Below, piece after piece: positions 38,540 to 49,132 of a stretch of DNA of 64,000 bases; the stretch's first letter is position 1, and each line of letters starts with the position of its first letter. The notes beneath the pieces were generated by a model. The model did not search any database, was not told the DNA's origin, and saw nothing but the letters and a program-made list of their open reading frames with translations. The DNA is taken from the NCBI GenBank assembly GCA_040220235.1, contig JAVJTO010000164.1, one strand, 5' to 3'. The stretch is from Coleofasciculus sp. B1-GNL1-01. Its GTDB lineage: Bacteria > Cyanobacteriota > Cyanobacteriia > Cyanobacteriales > Coleofasciculaceae. Both the position numbers and the translations under genes were made by a program.

Positions 38540-39802
38540 CTACTGCGCCTCCCAAGAACCGCCTTCACATTCTAGCAACCGCTCAAGAATCGCGATAGTT
38601 TCCTGATTCTGAAAACGGCGGATTTTCTCTTCCATAGCAATATAAATCAGCTCCCTGGATAATCGAGTCAAATATGTATTCTGTAACGTATCAAATTCTT
38701 CAGTTTCTCTTAATTGTCCCACGTTCTCGATAAAGGATTTCTCTAGATTAAATTCAAATGTTTTTACCCAAGACTCGACAACATAACGCCGTTCAGGACG
38801 AGCCATCTTGAGCAATTGCACCAGAGGTCGTCCAAAAACCTCTTTGATCTCCGGTTGAGAGGCAAAGGTTTCCAACCAAACCTCTGATGTGGATACGGGT
38901 CTATCTAAGCTTTTATCATCGACTTTAGCAAAGGCATGAGCTTCAGCATAGGAAACCTTCCCATCTTGATTATAATCAGCCGAAGGAACAGCTTTTCCGG
39001 TGCGATCAACTCCACTTAATCCGGCGAAAAAACTAGAACTATAATCTCGATAATCTGCTTCATTTACTTCGGGTGTACACCCCACAGAGGGGAGTTCTCT
39101 AACCGTGGCAAAGAAACCGCAACGACTCTGAAGCGCTATAGGATTATTCGGATCACCTGCTTCATAAATAAAATTGGCAAACGAACCGGAATAACACTGA
39201 GCCATCATCGCCACAAAAGACGTTTGCGGCGGCAATGTATCCAGCATACTCGCCAATTCTTGTACACTTAAGCTTTGCCGATGCCAAAGACTCAATCTAT
39301 TATTATCGGGATCTTCGGGATTGAAACCCCCATGTCCCGTAAAATAGAAAAATATAGATGGATTGGTTTCCTGAGTAGCAGATTGTTCCATCCAGTTTTG
39401 CAAATTGGTGAAAGATGCTGCGCCGTCTAGGTGAGGAATTTTTGGGGCTTTGTACTGCTCTAAGCCTTGCTCATCTAGATAGCGAATTGTGGTTTGATTA
39501 TTGTTGCCATTAGCAAAGAAAATAGAGGCAGATGCGGGATTATGTCCCAGTTGTCGTAGCGTGCGTTGAAAATAGAGGATATTTTTTTCTAAGGCAATCT
39601 CATTGTTACAAGGCGCACTCCCTCCCCCAAACACCAAAAAATCGGGCGCATCAGCAGGAGCTTGCGCCAAGGCGTGCTTCTGGGGTTGGATAGAGGCAGG
39701 ACTCAACGCTTGAGTTGGTAGAAATTCTACCAAGAGCAAGCTACAGGTGAAACTAAATACAAGTCGGCGTACCCTGGAAAAGTAGTGCATGATTAGAGCC
39801 AA
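38540..39802 (-). CDS. Exported clan CD (caspase/legumain-like, C13-type) peptidase
   Basis: Signal peptide; FFYFTGHG (His-Gly) and MMAQCYSG (Cys) dyad motifs. Confidence 0.75.
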   Translation of the reverse strand: MALIMHYFSRVRRLVFSFTCSLLLVEFLPTQALSPASIQPQKHALAQAPADAPDFLVFGGGSAPCNNEIALEKNILYFQRTLRQLGHNPASASIFFANGNNNQTTIRYLDEQGLEQYKAPKIPHLDGAASFTNLQNWMEQSATQETNPSIFFYFTGHGGFNPEDPDNNRLSLWHRQSLSVQELASMLDTLPPQTSFVAMMAQCYSGSFANFIYEAGDPNNPIALQSRCGFFATVRELPSVGCTPEVNEADYRDYSSSFFAGLSGVDRTGKAVPSADYNQDGKVSYAEAHAFAKVDDKSLDRPVSTSEVWLETFASQPEIKEVFGRPLVQLLKMARPERRYVVESWVKTFEFNLEKSFIENVGQLRETEEFDTLQNTYLTRLSRELIYIAMEEKIRRFQNQETIAILERLLECEGGSWEAQ

Positions 39803-39840
39803 AATTAATTACTTTATTATAATGGAAAACAAAATAACTC

Positions 39841-40416
39841 TCACCAAAGAGAGCTTAAATCCAGGATGAATCCGGGTAAAATATCGTCTCCTGAAAGAGT
39901 AGGTGGAGCCTCTAAAATCTCAACAGCTTGATGAGTACGATAAATTTCCACTCGTCTCATTCCTGGCGCAATTAACCAGCCCAAACGGACGCCATTTTCC
40001 CTATATTCCTTCATTTTATCCTGCGTCGATTTTAAAGTATCTGAAGGAGACATCAGTTCCACAACAAAATCGGGGCAAATTGGCGGAAACTTGGTTCGTT
40101 CTTCTGGAGACAAAGCATTCCAGCGTTCCTGTCTCACCCAAGCTAAATCCGGAGAACGATTAGCGCCATTAGGAAGTTTAAAGCAGGTAGAGGAGTCAAA
40201 CCCAACCCCTAATCGAGTTTGGCGATTCCATATCCCGAAATCAATGACAAGTTCAAAGTTTTGATTCCCGGTTTCTCCGCCAGTGGGAGGCATAATAATT
40301 AATTCTCCGTGAGCATTGCGTTCAAATTTCAGATCAGGATTAGCCCGACATAATTGATAAAATTGGTCATCAGTTAACTGAATAACTGGGTTAAAATCTA
40401 TAGTATAAGCCGTCAT
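39841..40416 (-). CDS. Uma2-family (DUF820) PD-(D/E)XK endonuclease
   Basis: ERNAHGELIIMPPTGGETG, FDSSTCF, RSPDLAW, CPDFVVELMSPSD, KMKEYRENGVRLGWLI. Confidence 0.93.
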   Translation of the reverse strand: MTAYTIDFNPVIQLTDDQFYQLCRANPDLKFERNAHGELIIMPPTGGETGNQNFELVIDFGIWNRQTRLGVGFDSSTCFKLPNGANRSPDLAWVRQERWNALSPEERTKFPPICPDFVVELMSPSDTLKSTQDKMKEYRENGVRLGWLIAPGMRRVEIYRTHQAVEILEAPPTLSGDDILPGFILDLSSLW

Positions 40417-40933
40417 TTTAGTTTTATCTGTTAACTCTACTTAATTGGATTCATCCCCCATCCTCGGTCATTCTCTGACACCGCCTACATTTAGATTGGG
40501 GCGAGTCGAGTTAGGTTAATTCTCATACCTCCACATTTATAGCAGCGACTCGCCCCTACAATTGTGATCATGTCAATTTCTCTGATCATCCGTTTGGTCA
40601 AATTAATAATCGGTAGGGGCGACCCGCTTGCATTACTTAACAATACCCGTCTATTCAATTTACTCGGGTCGCCCTTACTCAGGTTGCCCATCGCATATTT
40701 GTCTGTATTTTAAATGGGTTGGGTTGTAGCCGCCAACGGAACCTCGATCGCCCCTTAACCCTCAATACATTTAACGCCAAGATATCCCCTATTCGGATAA
40801 CCAATCGGAGCGAACGTTGTTGTTTCCGGTCGAGATGTATCACACTAAAAGAAGAAAGTCAAGTTCACTGCTGTTTTACCCTGTCGTCCAGTTGCCATCA
40901 ATCCCACGGGCGAACCAGGAACAACGTTTCCCA

Positions 40934-43900
40934 ATGATTGAAACCAAACAACCCGAAGACGTTACCAGCTATAACCAGAGTTCATTGAACGCCCTCGATC
41001 GCGCGATCGCCTTTTCCCAGGGTGAGTTCTCGCTTGTCTTAGTACGCTGTAATTACAAGCGTTTGCAAAAGCGTATTTTACAACAATTGCGAGAACGCGC
41101 TCAAGGTCGATATCAAATTCAGGAATTAGTTCTCCCCGAATCCGTCACCACCCTATATACCACAATTCAAAATTATGTGAACAAGAATCAGCAGGGCGCG
41201 TCTGGAAATCAGGGTGTAGGGGCAGGTTTTACGGATAACCGAACGAAACCCACTCTACTGGGGGAGGCGAAAAACCAAAAAGATAGAGAAGATTGTAGAC
41301 AGGTTTCGCCGGAAAGTCTCTCGGTGGAACCTCTCCAAGACGGGGGTGGGTTTAGTCACATTGGGGTAACAACCAACAATAATCCTGAATCCCGCCCCTA
41401 CCTTGCTCAACTTAATCCCTCTCTCAATATAGGGAGTAGAGGAGCAGGGGAAGCAGAGGAAGCCAGGGAAGCAGAGGAAGCCGGGGAAGCCGGGGAAGCC
41501 GGGGAAGCCGGGAGAGAGGAAAATCAATTTAGAGCTGATTCAAGCAGTATTGATCCCCCTTCCGCCTTAATCATCCTGGGATTAGAATCCGTCGAAGCGT
41601 TGGATGATTTACTCACCTCCACCAACCAAGTACGGGATGAATTTCGCAAACGCTTACCCTTCCCCCTAGTCTTATGGGTGAATGACGAAGTATTGCATAA
41701 ACTCGTTCGCTCTGCCCCTGATTTTAGCAGTTGGGCGGCGACTCCAATTAAGTTTGAAATTGCTACCGATGAACTCCTCGATTTACTGCAACAAAAAGCA
41801 GACTCCCTATTTAAAACGGTATTAACAGGAACTCCGGGACGATATGCGCCGTGGCGTATCTGTACCCACCATACTAATCTCAATTTAGCCACAGGATGTC
41901 GCTCCCGCGCCGAACTTGACTGCGCCCTCCATGACTTAGAACAGCGCCAAGAAACGATTACCCCGGAACTAGAAGCCAGTCTGCAATTTGTTTTAGGGCA
42001 ATATGATTATGCCAATGATTATATTGATGCCGCCGTTATCCGTTATCAAAAAAGCCTTTGGTACTGGCGCGTTACCAATAACTTAGAACGTCAAGGTGTT
42101 CTCTTATTTCATTTAGGCTTATGTTATTGCCGGAATGCAGACTTGCATCGGGCGCAACGCCACCGCAACTGGGAAGAAGCTTGGCCCTATCTCCAGCAAG
42201 CGGTTGAGGCGTTTGAACGGGCGGAACGTCCGGATTTGGTGGCGCAGTTTATTACCCAACAGGCGGAAGTGTTGCAACATTTGGAAGGCTGGGACTCCCT
42301 GCAACACGTCGCCCAACAATGTTTACAGGTGCATCAACACTATGGTTCCCCCGTGCAATTGGCGCAAGATTACGGCTTTTTAGCCGAAGTCGCCCTCGTG
42401 AAACGGCGCTGGAATGATGCCAATCACTGGGCGCGACAAGCCCTCTCCCGGTTAGAATCGGTCTCGGATCAACTTCAAGACTACCCAGGCTTACATCCCT
42501 ATCTATTGACTCAACTCTATCAACTCATCGTTGTCAAATCCTATCATCAGTTGCGTCAATCGCCAGAAGCCACCCAGCATCTGAATCAGGCGAGTCAAGA
42601 CTTAGCCGATGCCATTGCCAAAAGCGATTATCGCTACGAACCCCAACGTTACTTATATCTGCTGGAGAGCTTACGGCGGCTGTACTTCGAGCAACACCGT
42701 TACTTAGAAGCCTTTCAGATTAAGCAGGAACAAGGGGCAGTTGAACAACTTTATGGATTTCGTGCCTTCATTGGTGCGGCTCGTCTCCAGCCTCGACGAG
42801 CCGTATCTAATCCTACCTTAACCCCGGTTGAACAGCAAGAAATTGTGGCACAAGAAATTGCCGCATCCGGGCGTCAACAGGATGTGCAGCGTTTAATTGA
42901 ACGGTTAAGTCGAGCGGATTGTCAATTGACGGTGATTCATGGACCTTCTGGCGTCGGCAAGAGTTCCATCGTTTCCGCTGGCTTAGTCCCTGCCCTGAAG
43001 CATAGAGCATTAGGCGATCGCTTAGTGTTACCTGTGGTACTGCAAGTATATACCGATTGGATTAAGGAACTGGATAAAGGCGTCAGAACCGCCCTGTCTG
43101 GGTTAACCCCGTCTAAATCTGAGGCTTATACCCCCTCAGAAAGCCTAGGCGAGGAAAGTTCTGACCAAGCCATTCTCAACCAACTGCTGGCACTGTTACG
43201 AGATAACGCCGATCGCAATATCTTAACCGTGTTAATCTTTGACCAGTTTGAGGAGTTTTTCCTGGGACATGCTTCTGCCCAGCAAACGCGCTTATTTCAT
43301 CAGTTTTTCCAGACGTGTTTAGATCTCTCCTTTGTCAAAGTTATTATTTCCATTCGCGAAGACTTTTTACACTATTTATTAGACTTCGAGAAACTGAATC
43401 TAGAGGCAATTGACAATAATATATTAGATCGCAAAAATCGTTATCCGTTAGGTAACTTTTCCCGTCCCGATGCCCGGGCGGTGATCCAAAGCCTCACCGA
43501 ACGCGCCCATTTTTACCTAGAACCCGCCTTAATTGATGCCTTAGTTCAAGATTTAGGTCGAGAACTGGGAGAAGTTCGTCCGATTGAATTGCAAGTGGTG
43601 GGGGCGCAGTTACAAGCTGAAAATATCACCACGCTGGCACAATATCGACAACGGGGTCCGGTGGAAAAGCTGGCGGAACGCTTCCTGGAAAAAGCCCTAA
43701 AAGATTGTGGCGCAGAAAACGAACAGGCGGCTTGGCTGGTGTTGCAACTTCTCACCGATGAAAATAATAATCGTCCCTTAAAAACCCGTGCCGAATTAGT
43801 GATTGAATCGGATATTGATGCCCAGCCACTGGATTTAATTTTAGAAATATTAGAGAAATCCGGCTTAGTCTTCCTGTTACCCGAAATCCCCACCCATCGC

Positions 43901-46252
43901 TATCAACTGGTTCACGATTACCTGGTAGAATTTATCCGCCAGAATGAACAAAATAGTCTGCGAAAAGAACTCGAAGCACTGCGGCAAAAAGATAAAGAGA
44001 GTCAAACTAAAATCCAACAACTGATTCGGGAAAAAAGCCTGCGGTCTAAATTATCAGCGGCGACGAAAAAACATGCAGCGGCGGTGGAAAAACAACACCA
44101 GGCTGAGGAAAAATTGAATCAAATCCTACGACGCCGTTTGCAAGAAGCCCGGATTGCGGGTGTGACATTAGCTACCCTGGCGGTGATTGCTGTTGGACTG
44201 GTATTTCGGGCAGTATTTAGTGAAACCAACGCCCGATTAATTGCCCTGAATGCTTCAGCCGAAGCCTTGGTTGCGTCCAACCGTAAATTTGATGCCTTAC
44301 TGAAAAGTTTATCCGCCGCTAAAGAATTAAAACAGGCCCTAGGAGTGACGCAAGAAACCCGGATGCGGGTGATTTCTACATTGCAACAAGTGGTATACGG
44401 CGTGAAAGAACGTAACCGTTTAACTAGACATAATGATTGGGTGAGTAGCGTTAGCTTTAGTCCCGATGGGAAATTAATTGCATCGGCGTCTAGGGATAAA
44501 ACAATTCAACTGTGGAGTCAGCAAGGGGAATGGTTGAACGAAGTAGGGAGACATAATCAGGGGGTGTATGCAGTTCGCTTCAGTCCTCAGGGCGAGATAT
44601 TAGCCTCTGCGAGTGAGGATAATACGATTAAACTTTGGAGTCGCGAGGGTCGATTATTAAGAACCTTAATTGGACATGGCGATCGCGTCCACAGTATCAG
44701 CTTTAGTCCCGATGGTCAACGGCTTGTCTCGGCGAGTGAAGATAATACGATTAAACTCTGGCGTATTGACGACGGGACATTGTTGAAAACCCTATCAGGT
44801 CATAATCATTGGGTGTTAGATGTGAGTTTCTCTCCAGATGGTCAGTTGATTGCATCCGCCAGTCGCGATAAAACGATTAAACTGTGGCAATCGGATGGTA
44901 CATTACTCAAAACCTTAACCGCCCACAATCAACCTGTACTCGACATCAGTTTTAGTCCCGATGGACAATCTCTCGTCTCGGCTAGTGCAGATAAAACTGT
45001 CAAACTGTGGCGAACTGATGGCAGATTACTCAACACCCTATCCGGACATCAAGATGCTGTAATTGCCGTTACTTATAGTCCAGATGGTCAGATGATAGCC
45101 TCTGGAAGTGACGACAACACGATTAAACTCTGGCGTCCTGATGGCACATTAATTGACACATTACAGGGACATGGTAAGGCGATTTTGGGATTAGGATTTA
45201 GTCCCAATGGCAAAATCTTGGCATCTGCCAGTGCTGATAATACCATCAAACTCTGGCAAGTTGAGGGGGGAATGTTGCAACCGATTCCTGGACATAGCCA
45301 ACCCATCAGCAGTGTCAGTTTTTCCGCCAATGGTCAGAGAATTGCTACCGCTAGCTGGGATAATACGGTGAAACTTTGGACTCGTCAGGGGCAATTGTTA
45401 AAAACAATTGCAGCACATCAAAACTCAGTTAATAGTGTTAGTTTTTCAGACAACGGTGAGACCCTAGCCACAGGCAGTGATGATAAGACAATTAAACTCT
45501 GGAATCAAGATGGAACCTGGCAGAAAACCCTGTCCGGACATAAGGATGGGGTGACCAGTGTTAATTTTAGTCCCGATGGTCAGCAACTGGTATCCAGTAG
45601 CGCGGATCAAACAGTAAAACTATGGCAAATTGATGGCAAATTGGAGAAAACCTTAATCGGTCATCAGGGAACGGTGTGGGGTGTAAGTTTTAGTCCTGAT
45701 GGGTCTTTAATTGCTTCAGCCTCTGACGATAAAACGGTGAAACTTTGGAGTCGTAATGGCAGGTTTATCAAAACATTGAGGGGGCATACAGATTCCGTTA
45801 ATTGGGTAACCTTTAGTCCCGATGGCGAGTTTATTGCCTCAGCTAGCAATGATGGAACGGTGAATATATGGAGTCGAGAAGGAAAATTAGTGCGTCCATT
45901 AAAGGGACATAATGGATCAGTTAATTGGGTAACCTTTAGTCCTGATGGCAACTTTATTGCCTCAGGAAGTGATGACAAAACCGTGAATCTTTGGAGTCGG
46001 CAAACAGGTCATTTAATTAATTCCTTTGTCGGTCATCAGGAGGCTGTGTTTGGCGTCAGTTTCAGTCCTGATGGTGATAGTTTGGCATCAGCGTCTCAAG
46101 ACACGACGGTTATTTTGTGGAATTTGGATTTAGCGGATTTAGTCGAACGCAGTTGTTATTGGTTGGAGGATTATTTACAACATAATCCCGAATCACCAAC
46201 GATTAATGATGCCAATCCCCAGGATTTTCGGGCATTGTGTGAGGGAAGATAG
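40934..46252 (+). CDS. STAND-type (nSTAND1-like) NTPase with TPR-like N-terminal region, TM and about 14 WD40 repeats
   Basis: Walker A GPSGVGKSS, Walker B LIFDQFEEFF, RYQLVHDYLV, coiled coil, TM, then repeated GH...V..V.FSPDG..IASAS.D.TIKLW; start re-called to the ATG at 40934. Confidence 0.92.
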   Translation: MIETKQPEDVTSYNQSSLNALDRAIAFSQGEFSLVLVRCNYKRLQKRILQQLRERAQGRYQIQELVLPESVTTLYTTIQNYVNKNQQGASGNQGVGAGFTDNRTKPTLLGEAKNQKDREDCRQVSPESLSVEPLQDGGGFSHIGVTTNNNPESRPYLAQLNPSLNIGSRGAGEAEEAREAEEAGEAGEAGEAGREENQFRADSSSIDPPSALIILGLESVEALDDLLTSTNQVRDEFRKRLPFPLVLWVNDEVLHKLVRSAPDFSSWAATPIKFEIATDELLDLLQQKADSLFKTVLTGTPGRYAPWRICTHHTNLNLATGCRSRAELDCALHDLEQRQETITPELEASLQFVLGQYDYANDYIDAAVIRYQKSLWYWRVTNNLERQGVLLFHLGLCYCRNADLHRAQRHRNWEEAWPYLQQAVEAFERAERPDLVAQFITQQAEVLQHLEGWDSLQHVAQQCLQVHQHYGSPVQLAQDYGFLAEVALVKRRWNDANHWARQALSRLESVSDQLQDYPGLHPYLLTQLYQLIVVKSYHQLRQSPEATQHLNQASQDLADAIAKSDYRYEPQRYLYLLESLRRLYFEQHRYLEAFQIKQEQGAVEQLYGFRAFIGAARLQPRRAVSNPTLTPVEQQEIVAQEIAASGRQQDVQRLIERLSRADCQLTVIHGPSGVGKSSIVSAGLVPALKHRALGDRLVLPVVLQVYTDWIKELDKGVRTALSGLTPSKSEAYTPSESLGEESSDQAILNQLLALLRDNADRNILTVLIFDQFEEFFLGHASAQQTRLFHQFFQTCLDLSFVKVIISIREDFLHYLLDFEKLNLEAIDNNILDRKNRYPLGNFSRPDARAVIQSLTERAHFYLEPALIDALVQDLGRELGEVRPIELQVVGAQLQAENITTLAQYRQRGPVEKLAERFLEKALKDCGAENEQAAWLVLQLLTDENNNRPLKTRAELVIESDIDAQPLDLILEILEKSGLVFLLPEIPTHRYQLVHDYLVEFIRQNEQNSLRKELEALRQKDKESQTKIQQLIREKSLRSKLSAATKKHAAAVEKQHQAEEKLNQILRRRLQEARIAGVTLATLAVIAVGLVFRAVFSETNARLIALNASAEALVASNRKFDALLKSLSAAKELKQALGVTQETRMRVISTLQQVVYGVKERNRLTRHNDWVSSVSFSPDGKLIASASRDKTIQLWSQQGEWLNEVGRHNQGVYAVRFSPQGEILASASEDNTIKLWSREGRLLRTLIGHGDRVHSISFSPDGQRLVSASEDNTIKLWRIDDGTLLKTLSGHNHWVLDVSFSPDGQLIASASRDKTIKLWQSDGTLLKTLTAHNQPVLDISFSPDGQSLVSASADKTVKLWRTDGRLLNTLSGHQDAVIAVTYSPDGQMIASGSDDNTIKLWRPDGTLIDTLQGHGKAILGLGFSPNGKILASASADNTIKLWQVEGGMLQPIPGHSQPISSVSFSANGQRIATASWDNTVKLWTRQGQLLKTIAAHQNSVNSVSFSDNGETLATGSDDKTIKLWNQDGTWQKTLSGHKDGVTSVNFSPDGQQLVSSSADQTVKLWQIDGKLEKTLIGHQGTVWGVSFSPDGSLIASASDDKTVKLWSRNGRFIKTLRGHTDSVNWVTFSPDGEFIASASNDGTVNIWSREGKLVRPLKGHNGSVNWVTFSPDGNFIASGSDDKTVNLWSRQTGHLINSFVGHQEAVFGVSFSPDGDSLASASQDTTVILWNLDLADLVERSCYWLEDYLQHNPESPTINDANPQDFRALCEGR
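41216..41512. repeat. REP-like pairs and a nonamer array embedded in the STAND-WD40 coding sequence
   Basis: 41216-41258 and 41342-41401 belong to the GTAGGGGCGGGTTT family; GAAGC(A/C)G(A/G)G nonamers at about 41441-41512. Confidence 0.8.
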
Positions 46253-46826
46253 GGAATTTCATTTTCGATGATAGCTATCTAGGGAACAATTAAAATCCAT
46301 GTTTAGTTGGATAATATTATAGGTTGTTTTCAAAAATGGGGGCATTTTTACTCCTATTAATTCCCTTTTAACTCACCTCTTACACCAGATCAATGGTGCG
46401 TTACGCTTCGCTAACGCACCCTACGATTTTGCTAGCTGATCCCCGAACTATTCAAGACGTCGGGGAACTAATTCCTGATTATCCCCCGATTGGATGAGAC
46501 AACTAGGTGAAGTCAATGCCCTAGAAATTGTCATACCTTAAAAATTGAGATGGATTGTGTCACAGATTTAGACTCAACTTGAGTATCTGTATGATTATTA
46601 TCCCTTTTTATCCATATCAAAGCTTTTTAGGGATTGTCATTTATGTCAAACAAGGACGTTAAATCATGATCTTAAATTCTACTAAACTCAAAACTCTAGA
46701 TCACCAAACAACGGATAGTCTTTGGCGTGCGCTCAAATTGTTCTGGATGTTTAGTTGCTTTTACGGTAAATACCAATCGCTTCACCCCTATAAGCGGTAT
46801 GCGTTTATCCTTCAAAGGAGAGGATC

Positions 46827-47348
46827 ATGATTATATTAGATGAAACTATCACGGTTCATGTCCAACCCGAAGATTTAATGGATTTCTTTGCCCATATTGA
46901 CAAAAATTATCAGGCAATATCTAAGGATCACATTCAGGTCACTTGCCTGCAGGGTCATCCGCTGCAAGAAGGATCGATTTTTAAGAATGAAGAATATTTT
47001 CAGGGAAAGCCTGTTCAAGCCAAGTATATCGTCAAACAGGTCATTCCCAATAAACGGATTGAGTATAAAGCGCTATTTCCGCAGTCCCTAATTGGTGGCA
47101 GGTTAGTCAATCAAATCGAGGCGACTAACGATGGCTTTGTCTGGACAGAAATTATCTATTTAGGGTTCAATACTCCACTTTTGGGTAAACTCATCGATGG
47201 GCTAATCCGGTTTTTATTCGTTTTACTTAATGGTAGTGTCTCTGACTTGAAAGCCCATCAAACTGAGGGGATGAAGACAGTTAAGCATATTTTAGAGGAA
47301 AAGGTGCAACGTCGAGAACAAAGCCCTGTAGCCGCAAACGTCCGATAA
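46827..47348 (+). CDS. SRPBCC (START-like) family protein
   Basis: 173 aa; ETITVHVQPEDLMDFF N-terminus and a C-terminal helix HQTEGMKTVKHILE; GGAGAGG Shine-Dalgarno. Confidence 0.7.
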   Translation: MIILDETITVHVQPEDLMDFFAHIDKNYQAISKDHIQVTCLQGHPLQEGSIFKNEEYFQGKPVQAKYIVKQVIPNKRIEYKALFPQSLIGGRLVNQIEATNDGFVWTEIIYLGFNTPLLGKLIDGLIRFLFVLLNGSVSDLKAHQTEGMKTVKHILEEKVQRREQSPVAANVR

Positions 47349-47440
47349 AAGTTTAGGATTGGACTCCGATGTAGTAAAATGTAGCCTGTAGAGATGTTGC
47401 TGGCAAGGTTTCTACCGTCCCCAATCCCCAACTCTTAATT

Positions 47441-48526
47441 ATGTCCAATCCCTTTTTACTCAGCCGCGTCCTTTTACAGTTTAATTCGTCAGACGAAGAC
47501 CTAATTAACGAACTATCAGCCGCCACGTTTACACCGGATGGTAGTTTGTGGCTGGGTTCTGATGAAGGGATAAATGTGGAACGCCTCTCGCTGATCGAAC
47601 CTTGTGTTTTTGGCAATCACCACTCCTATTGTCTAGCCGATTTCATCGAACTGTTTAATCAAGATGATGAAATTGATATTGAAGGAATTGATCATGCCAA
47701 TAATTATCTGTGGATAACCGGGTCTCACAGCACCAAACGCGGCAAACCCAAGGGGAAAAACGTAGAAAAAGACATCCAACGCCTTGCCACGATTAAAACT
47801 GATGTGAATCGATATTTACTTGCTCGTATTCCAATCGTGAATGGCGAATTATTAAAGGTATCTTCTCTCCCAGATAATCCGGAAGAAAAATTGACCGCCG
47901 CTTGCTTACAAAAGACAGACGCGAGTAATAGTCTCATAGATGCCTTAATCGAGGATATTCACTTAGGTCCTTTTGTCACCCATCCCTTACCCAGTAAGGA
48001 TAATGGCTTAGATATCGAAGGATTAGCGGTGCGAGGCGATCGCGTGTTTTTGGGTTGTCGGGGTCCGGTTCTCCGGGGTTGGGCAGTTATCCTAGAAATT
48101 AAAGTGGCTGAATCTGCACCCGGTATCTTAACCCTACAGGACATTGGGGACAACGGGAAACGCTATCTCAAGCACTTTATCGATCTCAATGGTTTAGGCG
48201 TGCGGGAACTCTGTTGGCAAGGAGACGATTTGCTGATTCTGGCTGGACCAACCATGGACTTAGAAGGCGCGATCCGGGTATTCCGTCTCCAGTCTATTTT
48301 AGACCGTTCCGCCGATAGTATTACCGCCCAAGCCTCAGGAGAATTAGAGAAGCTATTTGACTTACCCTTTATCCCAGGATGCGATCGCGCCGAAGGTTTA
48401 GCCTTGTTTCCCTGCTTAGGAGAATCGGATGCGCTATTAATGGTTTACGATTCCCCTAATCCTATTCGCCAAATTGAACCAAGTGCGATTTACGGAGACG
48501 TTTTTAGTGGAAAAATTTTCAGTTAA
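47441..48526 (+). CDS. DUF3616-domain protein (beta-propeller-like)
   Basis: EIDIEG, WITGSHS.KR, SKDNGLDIEGLA, RGPVLRGWA, LILAGPTM. Confidence 0.8.
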   Translation: MSNPFLLSRVLLQFNSSDEDLINELSAATFTPDGSLWLGSDEGINVERLSLIEPCVFGNHHSYCLADFIELFNQDDEIDIEGIDHANNYLWITGSHSTKRGKPKGKNVEKDIQRLATIKTDVNRYLLARIPIVNGELLKVSSLPDNPEEKLTAACLQKTDASNSLIDALIEDIHLGPFVTHPLPSKDNGLDIEGLAVRGDRVFLGCRGPVLRGWAVILEIKVAESAPGILTLQDIGDNGKRYLKHFIDLNGLGVRELCWQGDDLLILAGPTMDLEGAIRVFRLQSILDRSADSITAQASGELEKLFDLPFIPGCDRAEGLALFPCLGESDALLMVYDSPNPIRQIEPSAIYGDVFSGKIFS

Positions 48527-48607
48527 TCGGGCTAAATAGGTTAAGATACTCGCTAATTCAAGATAGTTTAGGTCAAAGCTAGTTATAGAATTAGGATTTT
48601 CTGGTAA

Positions 48608-48913
48608 TCAAGCAATTTGATGCCATAACGTTTCCTGAACTTGACTCTTCTCTTCTCGGACTTTTAGATAACTACAGGGAATACTATCAATTACATCCAT
48701 GGCAGTTTCCCCATTGCGATGAAGTTCGAGTTGAGCTTGGGGAGGGGCTTCAAAGAATAAACGTTCCTGGGGAAATATAATTCGTTCAAATTTCCAATTT
48801 GGAATATTAGCAATCCGAGCAATTAAGGTTTTTCCCGTTCCATTGATATAGTAACAAAGCATGAGATTACGACTGTCATTGAGCCGAGAGTATAATAGTT
48901 GAGTCATCATCAA
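48608..48913 (-). CDS. DUF1830-domain protein
   Basis: LCYYINGT...IARIANIPNWKFERIIFPQERLFFEAPPQAQLE...DSIPC; GAGG upstream. Confidence 0.82.
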   Translation of the reverse strand: MMMTQLLYSRLNDSRNLMLCYYINGTGKTLIARIANIPNWKFERIIFPQERLFFEAPPQAQLELHRNGETAMDVIDSIPCSYLKVREEKSQVQETLWHQIA

Positions 48914-49132
48914 TAACCTCAGTAACGTTATCAGTTGGTCAAAAGTCTTACTCAGAAGCAGGATAAAGGATTAACAAAACGCTTTATCCCCAAGTTTGAC
49001 TGACTTAAGAAGACTAGCGCAGCGCGGTTTCATTATGATGTCCAGCAAATCACCCATAATAAAAAAGCCTAAAACCCTTACTGTTACAGCCTTGCTATTA
49101 TGGGCAATTAACAGAACTTGATACAGCTTATC

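Noticed and set aside
41255..41527. Antisense ORF with collagen-like PGF repeats
   Set aside because: Shadow of the nonamer array inside the STAND-WD40 gene
44410..46125. Regularly spaced DNA repeats suggesting a CRISPR array or DGR
   Set aside because: They are in-frame WD40 coding repeats; no cas genes, reverse transcriptase or unique spacers
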